DNA from: Thermodesulfobacteriota bacterium
GTDB taxonomy: Bacteria > Desulfobacterota_D > UBA1144 > Nemesobacterales > Mycalebacteriaceae
Direction: 5' to 3'
NCBI GenBank assembly: GCA_965226585.1
Contig: OZ245366.1
Coordinates: forward strand, 544,001 to 608,000
DNA: 64,000 bases
Shown here: positions 60,564-64,000 of the stretch, piece by piece
Numbering within the stretch: position 1 is the first letter of the stretch
Layout: the number at the start of each line of letters is the position of its first letter
Notes under the pieces: generated by a model
Database searches by the model: none
What the model saw: only the letters and a program-made list of their open reading frames with translations
What the model was told of the DNA's origin: nothing
Program-made: the position numbers and the translations under genes

Positions 60564-61286
60564 TCAGGAAAACCTCCGTATCGCGTCTTCAAGGTTAACG
60601 TCTCCCGAATAGACCGCTCTGCCCACTATCACGCCCAGAAGTCCGGACTCTGTGTACGGCATAAGTTTCTCTATGTCTTCAGGGCGCGAAACCCCTCCGG
60701 ACGCCACAACGGGAACGCCGCACAGTTTCAGAAAACCCTCAAGGCGGGAAAGGTCAACGCCGCTCATTGTGCCGTCCCGGTCTATGTCTGTGCGGATAAT
60801 CATGCTTGCCCCGCAGTCTTCAAGCATGGAAACCGCCTGCGCGGCGGTTATTCCGGAATCCTCAGTCCATCCCTTCACCGCCACCATCTCGCCGCGTGTG
60901 TCCAGAGCAACGGCAACCTGCCCCGGAAACTTTGCGCACGCTTCGGTGAAAAAACTGTCTTTCTCAAGGGCGGCGGTGCCGATTATCACTGTTTTCACCC
61001 CGTAGGAGAGATATTTTTCAACCGCCTCAATCGAGCGTATTCCCCCTCCCACCTGAACGGGGCAGGAAACCGCCGCCGCGATGTTTTTTATCAGAGAGGT
61101 GTTAACGGGCTTGCCCTTGAACGCGCCGTCAAGATCCACAACGTGTATGAGGCTTGCCCCGCAGTTCTGCCACTTGAGCGCGACCGAGACGGGGTCGTCA
61201 GAGAAAACGGTTTCCGTTCCCTCCTCGCCTCTTACAAGCCGGACGCATTTGCCGTCTTTTATATCTATCGCGGGGATTATCGTCAT
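60564..61286 (-). CDS. hisA: ProFAR isomerase
   Basis: [35 protein letters not shown]. Confidence 0.97.
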   Translation of the reverse strand: MTIIPAIDIKDGKCVRLVRGEEGTETVFSDDPVSVALKWQNCGASLIHVVDLDGAFKGKPVNTSLIKNIAAAVSCPVQVGGGIRSIEAVEKYLSYGVKTVIIGTAALEKDSFFTEACAKFPGQVAVALDTRGEMVAVKGWTEDSGITAAQAVSMLEDCGASMIIRTDIDRDGTMSGVDLSRLEGFLKLCGVPVVASGGVSRPEDIEKLMPYTESGLLGVIVGRAVYSGDVNLEDAIRRFS

Positions 61287-61384
61287 TACGGCGGGTAAAT
61301 ATACACCAATCGCTTAACAATATGTCATCTGTGCCCGTATCCCGTTATTTCCAACAAACCGCCCGAGCGGATATAGTTGAGCGG

Positions 61385-61801
61385 ATGAAGTATTGGCTCG
61401 TTAAGTCCGAACCGTTCAAATATTCATGGAATGATTTCACGCGGGACGGGCAAACCTACTGGGACGGAGTGCGCAACTATCAGGCGCGCGGCAACCTTGA
61501 GGCGATGAAAACCGGAGACCTTGCTCTTTTCTATCACAGCAATAAAGGGCTTGAGATTGTCGGCATTGCCAGAGTTGTGCGCGAGAGTTATCCCGACCCC
61601 ACAACGGACGACAAGCGATGGATTGCGGTTGACCTTGAGCCGCACTCGGTTCTTGAACATCCGGTATCTCTCAAGGATATTAAAGCCGACCCCCGTCTGC
61701 GGGATATGCAGATGGTAAAACAGAGCAGGCTCTCGGTAACCCCGGTCTCAAAAAAACATTTTGACCTGCTTATAAAAAAAGGGGAAAGCAAACCTCTGTA
61801 A
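61385..61801 (+). CDS. EVE domain protein
   Basis: MKYWLVKSEP, WDGVRNYQAR, FYHS, RLSV. Confidence 0.93.
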   Translation: MKYWLVKSEPFKYSWNDFTRDGQTYWDGVRNYQARGNLEAMKTGDLALFYHSNKGLEIVGIARVVRESYPDPTTDDKRWIAVDLEPHSVLEHPVSLKDIKADPRLRDMQMVKQSRLSVTPVSKKHFDLLIKKGESKPL

Positions 61802-62766
61802 TGGCTCTTTCAACAAAACCCGAAAAACTGTTAAAGGAAATGCTTTCAGGCAGTCGCGGCGCTCTCGCCCGCCTTATCAGCCTTGCCGAAGGCGGAAAGA
61901 TAAACACCATTGAACTGCTTTCGGGAGCGAAGGCGGAAGAGCCGGCGGTGGTTGGCGTAACGGGTCCGCCCGGAGCCGGAAAAAGCACCCTCACGGACAA
62001 ACTGGTGCTGCATTTGCGCGGGGGCGGAAACAAGGTGGGCGTTATAGCGATAGACCCTTCAAGCCCTTTTACGGGCGGAGCCCTGCTTGGAGACCGCCTG
62101 CGCATGGACGGGCATTCCGATGATGACGGGGTTTTTATCAGAAGCCTCGGCTCCCGCGGCTCTCTGGGCGGGCTTTCGCGCGCAACGGGCGATATAATCA
62201 AACTGATGGGCGCGTTTGGAGCCGGGTGTGTGCTGGTTGAAACGGTCGGCGTGGGACAGAGCGAACTTGATATCGCGGGCGTGGCGGACACGGTGGCGGT
62301 GGTTCTGGTTCCCGAATCCGGGGATTCAATCCAGACAATGAAGGCGGGAATAATGGAGATAGGAGACGTGTTTGTAGTCAACAAATCAGACAGGGCGGGA
62401 GCCGAAGCGCTTGCGGCGGAGATACGCGGAACGGTGTCCATCCGGGCGGGCGGCAAAAACGGATGGGAGGCGCCGGTTGTTCTGACTCAAGCCACAGACG
62501 GCAGGGGAGTAGGTGAACTCGCCGGGGTGATTGAAAAACACGGCGTGTTTCTCAAAAAAAGCGGGATTCTTGATAACAAGAGGCGAAACAGGATAGACAA
62601 AGACCTTACGGACGAAATAAACTCCATTCTCGGTTCGCTTGCGGAAAATGCGGTTGCGCGCGGCGAGGGCGCGGAGGTCAAATCCGCCGTTCTCAACGGG
62701 TCGCTCGCGATACCCGAAGGGGCGAAACAGATAGCGGTTCTTGTCTCAAAAAGGGCGAACTCATGA
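61801..62766 (+). CDS. meaB: MeaB/ArgK-family GTPase
   Basis: GPPGAGKST, DPSSPFTGGALLGDRLRM, ETVGVGQSE, VVNKSD. Confidence 0.92.
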   Translation: MALSTKPEKLLKEMLSGSRGALARLISLAEGGKINTIELLSGAKAEEPAVVGVTGPPGAGKSTLTDKLVLHLRGGGNKVGVIAIDPSSPFTGGALLGDRLRMDGHSDDDGVFIRSLGSRGSLGGLSRATGDIIKLMGAFGAGCVLVETVGVGQSELDIAGVADTVAVVLVPESGDSIQTMKAGIMEIGDVFVVNKSDRAGAEALAAEIRGTVSIRAGGKNGWEAPVVLTQATDGRGVGELAGVIEKHGVFLKKSGILDNKRRNRIDKDLTDEINSILGSLAENAVARGEGAEVKSAVLNGSLAIPEGAKQIAVLVSKRANS

Positions 62767-64000
62767 AAAAGCAGATACTCATAAGCCGGACGCTCGGAGA
62801 GATGCGCATAGCGGTTATGGAAGACGGCTCTCTCGCCGAACTGCAGGTGGAGAGAAACTCAAGTTCCCGCATATCGGGAAACATATACAAGGCGAAAATT
62901 CTCAACACTCTTCCTTCCATAAGGGCGTCTTTTGTTGATCTTGGAATGGAGAAAGCCGGAATTGTTTCATGGAAAGACCTTCATACCGAAGACAGAAAAG
63001 CCGCGGGGAGAGACTCAAGCCCCGCAAGCGAAGGGCAGGAGATAATAGTTCAGGCGGTCAAAGAGCCGGTTCCGGGAAAGGGACCGAGAATGAAGGCGCG
63101 CCCCACGCTTGTCGGCAAATACGTGATTTTGTCAACCGATTCCGACAAAACCATGCTTTCAAAACGGATAGACGGAGGGGCTGAGAGGAACAAGGTTGGC
63201 AAGATGCTTGAAAAAATACGCCCGGAAAATATGGGGCTGATTGCGCGAACCGCCGCGATTGACAAAGACATCGGGCTGATTGAAAAAGAGGTTAACGCGC
63301 TTAAAAGCCAGTGGGACAACATCGTGCAATTGTCGCGCATAAGACCCTCGCCTTCGCTTTTGTATCAGGAGCCGCCGCCGTATTTGAGCGCGGTAAGGGA
63401 TTTTGCCTCTCCCAATGATGAGATAATCGCGGACGACTGGGAAGTGCTTGTTGAGATAAACAGCTACATTGACGCGAATTTTCCGGGCGAGCCCATATCC
63501 ATCGGTTATCACAATTCCGGCTCGCCGCTTTTCAGCGATTTCGGTGTGGAGGAGGAGATTGAGAAACTCTACAAGAGGAAGGTCAACCTGAAGTCCGGCG
63601 GCGATATGGTTATTGACGAAGCCGAGGGGCTGACGGTTATTGACGTGAACACGGGCGCGGGAACGGGCAGGGGTTCGGGCGCTCTGCTCAGAACAAACCT
63701 TGAAGCCGCCGCCGAATCCGCCCGCCAGATACGGCTCAGAAATCTGGTCGGGATAATCGTGATTGATTTCATAGACATGGGCACGGGAGAGATGAGAAGT
63801 ATTTGCAGGACGTTTGAGGATGAGATGAAAAAAGACAGAACAAGCCACACAATTTCAGACATCTCCGAGTTTTGCGTTCTTCACCTTACGCGCAAAAGGG
63901 CGAGGGAAAGCGTGGCGAAAACCCTGTCTGAAAGATGCGAAGTTTGCGACGGCGCGGGTCTGATTAAATCAAAGGAAACCGTCTGCTACGAAATCATAAG
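62763..64000 (+). CDS. Rne/Rng-family ribonuclease (3'-partial; absent from the ORF track because there is no stop in the window)
   Basis: Read by hand from ATG 62763: MKKQILIS...GNIYKAKI...VQAVKEP...VIDVNTG...TNLEAA..SARQIRLRNLVGIIVIDFIDM...CEVCDGAG. Confidence 0.92.
   Translation, partial: MKKQILISRTLGEMRIAVMEDGSLAELQVERNSSSRISGNIYKAKILNTLPSIRASFVDLGMEKAGIVSWKDLHTEDRKAAGRDSSPASEGQEIIVQAVKEPVPGKGPRMKARPTLVGKYVILSTDSDKTMLSKRIDGGAERNKVGKMLEKIRPENMGLIARTAAIDKDIGLIEKEVNALKSQWDNIVQLSRIRPSPSLLYQEPPPYLSAVRDFASPNDEIIADDWEVLVEINSYIDANFPGEPISIGYHNSGSPLFSDFGVEEEIEKLYKRKVNLKSGGDMVIDEAEGLTVIDVNTGAGTGRGSGALLRTNLEAAAESARQIRLRNLVGIIVIDFIDMGTGEMRSICRTFEDEMKKDRTSHTISDISEFCVLHLTRKRARESVAKTLSERCEVCDGAGLIKSKETVCYEII

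Overview
A bacterial chromosomal segment, mostly housekeeping genes: gltBD, tyrS, dapF, prfA, zapBA-fau-rny, glyQS, pilBC, purKE, a complete caa3-type oxidase operon, argG, rluD, birA, tRNA-Ile2(CAT), rnhA, rnpB, mqnAD, dgt, hisAF, meaB and a partial Rne/Rng gene. Gene content suggests a deltaproteobacteria-like lineage, possibly Dadabacteria; this is an unverified inference. Two accessory regions, neither with an integrase, interrupt the backbone. (1) About 7.1-18.3 kb, downstream of tyrS: a DUF488 two-gene cassette bracketed by a duplicated tyrS 3' end, then a type I R-M operon carrying a HEPN RNase gene, a nucleotidyltransferase-HsdS fusion and a PIN nuclease, then an APC permease whose promoter region resembles the hsdM promoter region. 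(2) About 38.0-44.8 kb, an AT-rich block between purE and ctaB: a tightly packed five-gene operon (B12-binding radical SAM enzyme, ParB/Srx-like protein, PD-(D/E)xK-like protein, SNF2 helicase, second ParB/Srx-like protein), followed by a Zn-ribbon gene and an Xre-RES toxin-antitoxin pair. The five-gene operon matches no named system I recognise and is the best candidate for an undescribed DNA-modification/defence system. Other oddities are a DapF with both catalytic Cys replaced by Ser, an in-frame 22-bp direct repeat around the PilB N-domain, and no room for 6S RNA at its usual zapA-fau position. All calls come from reading motifs by eye; no database search was run.
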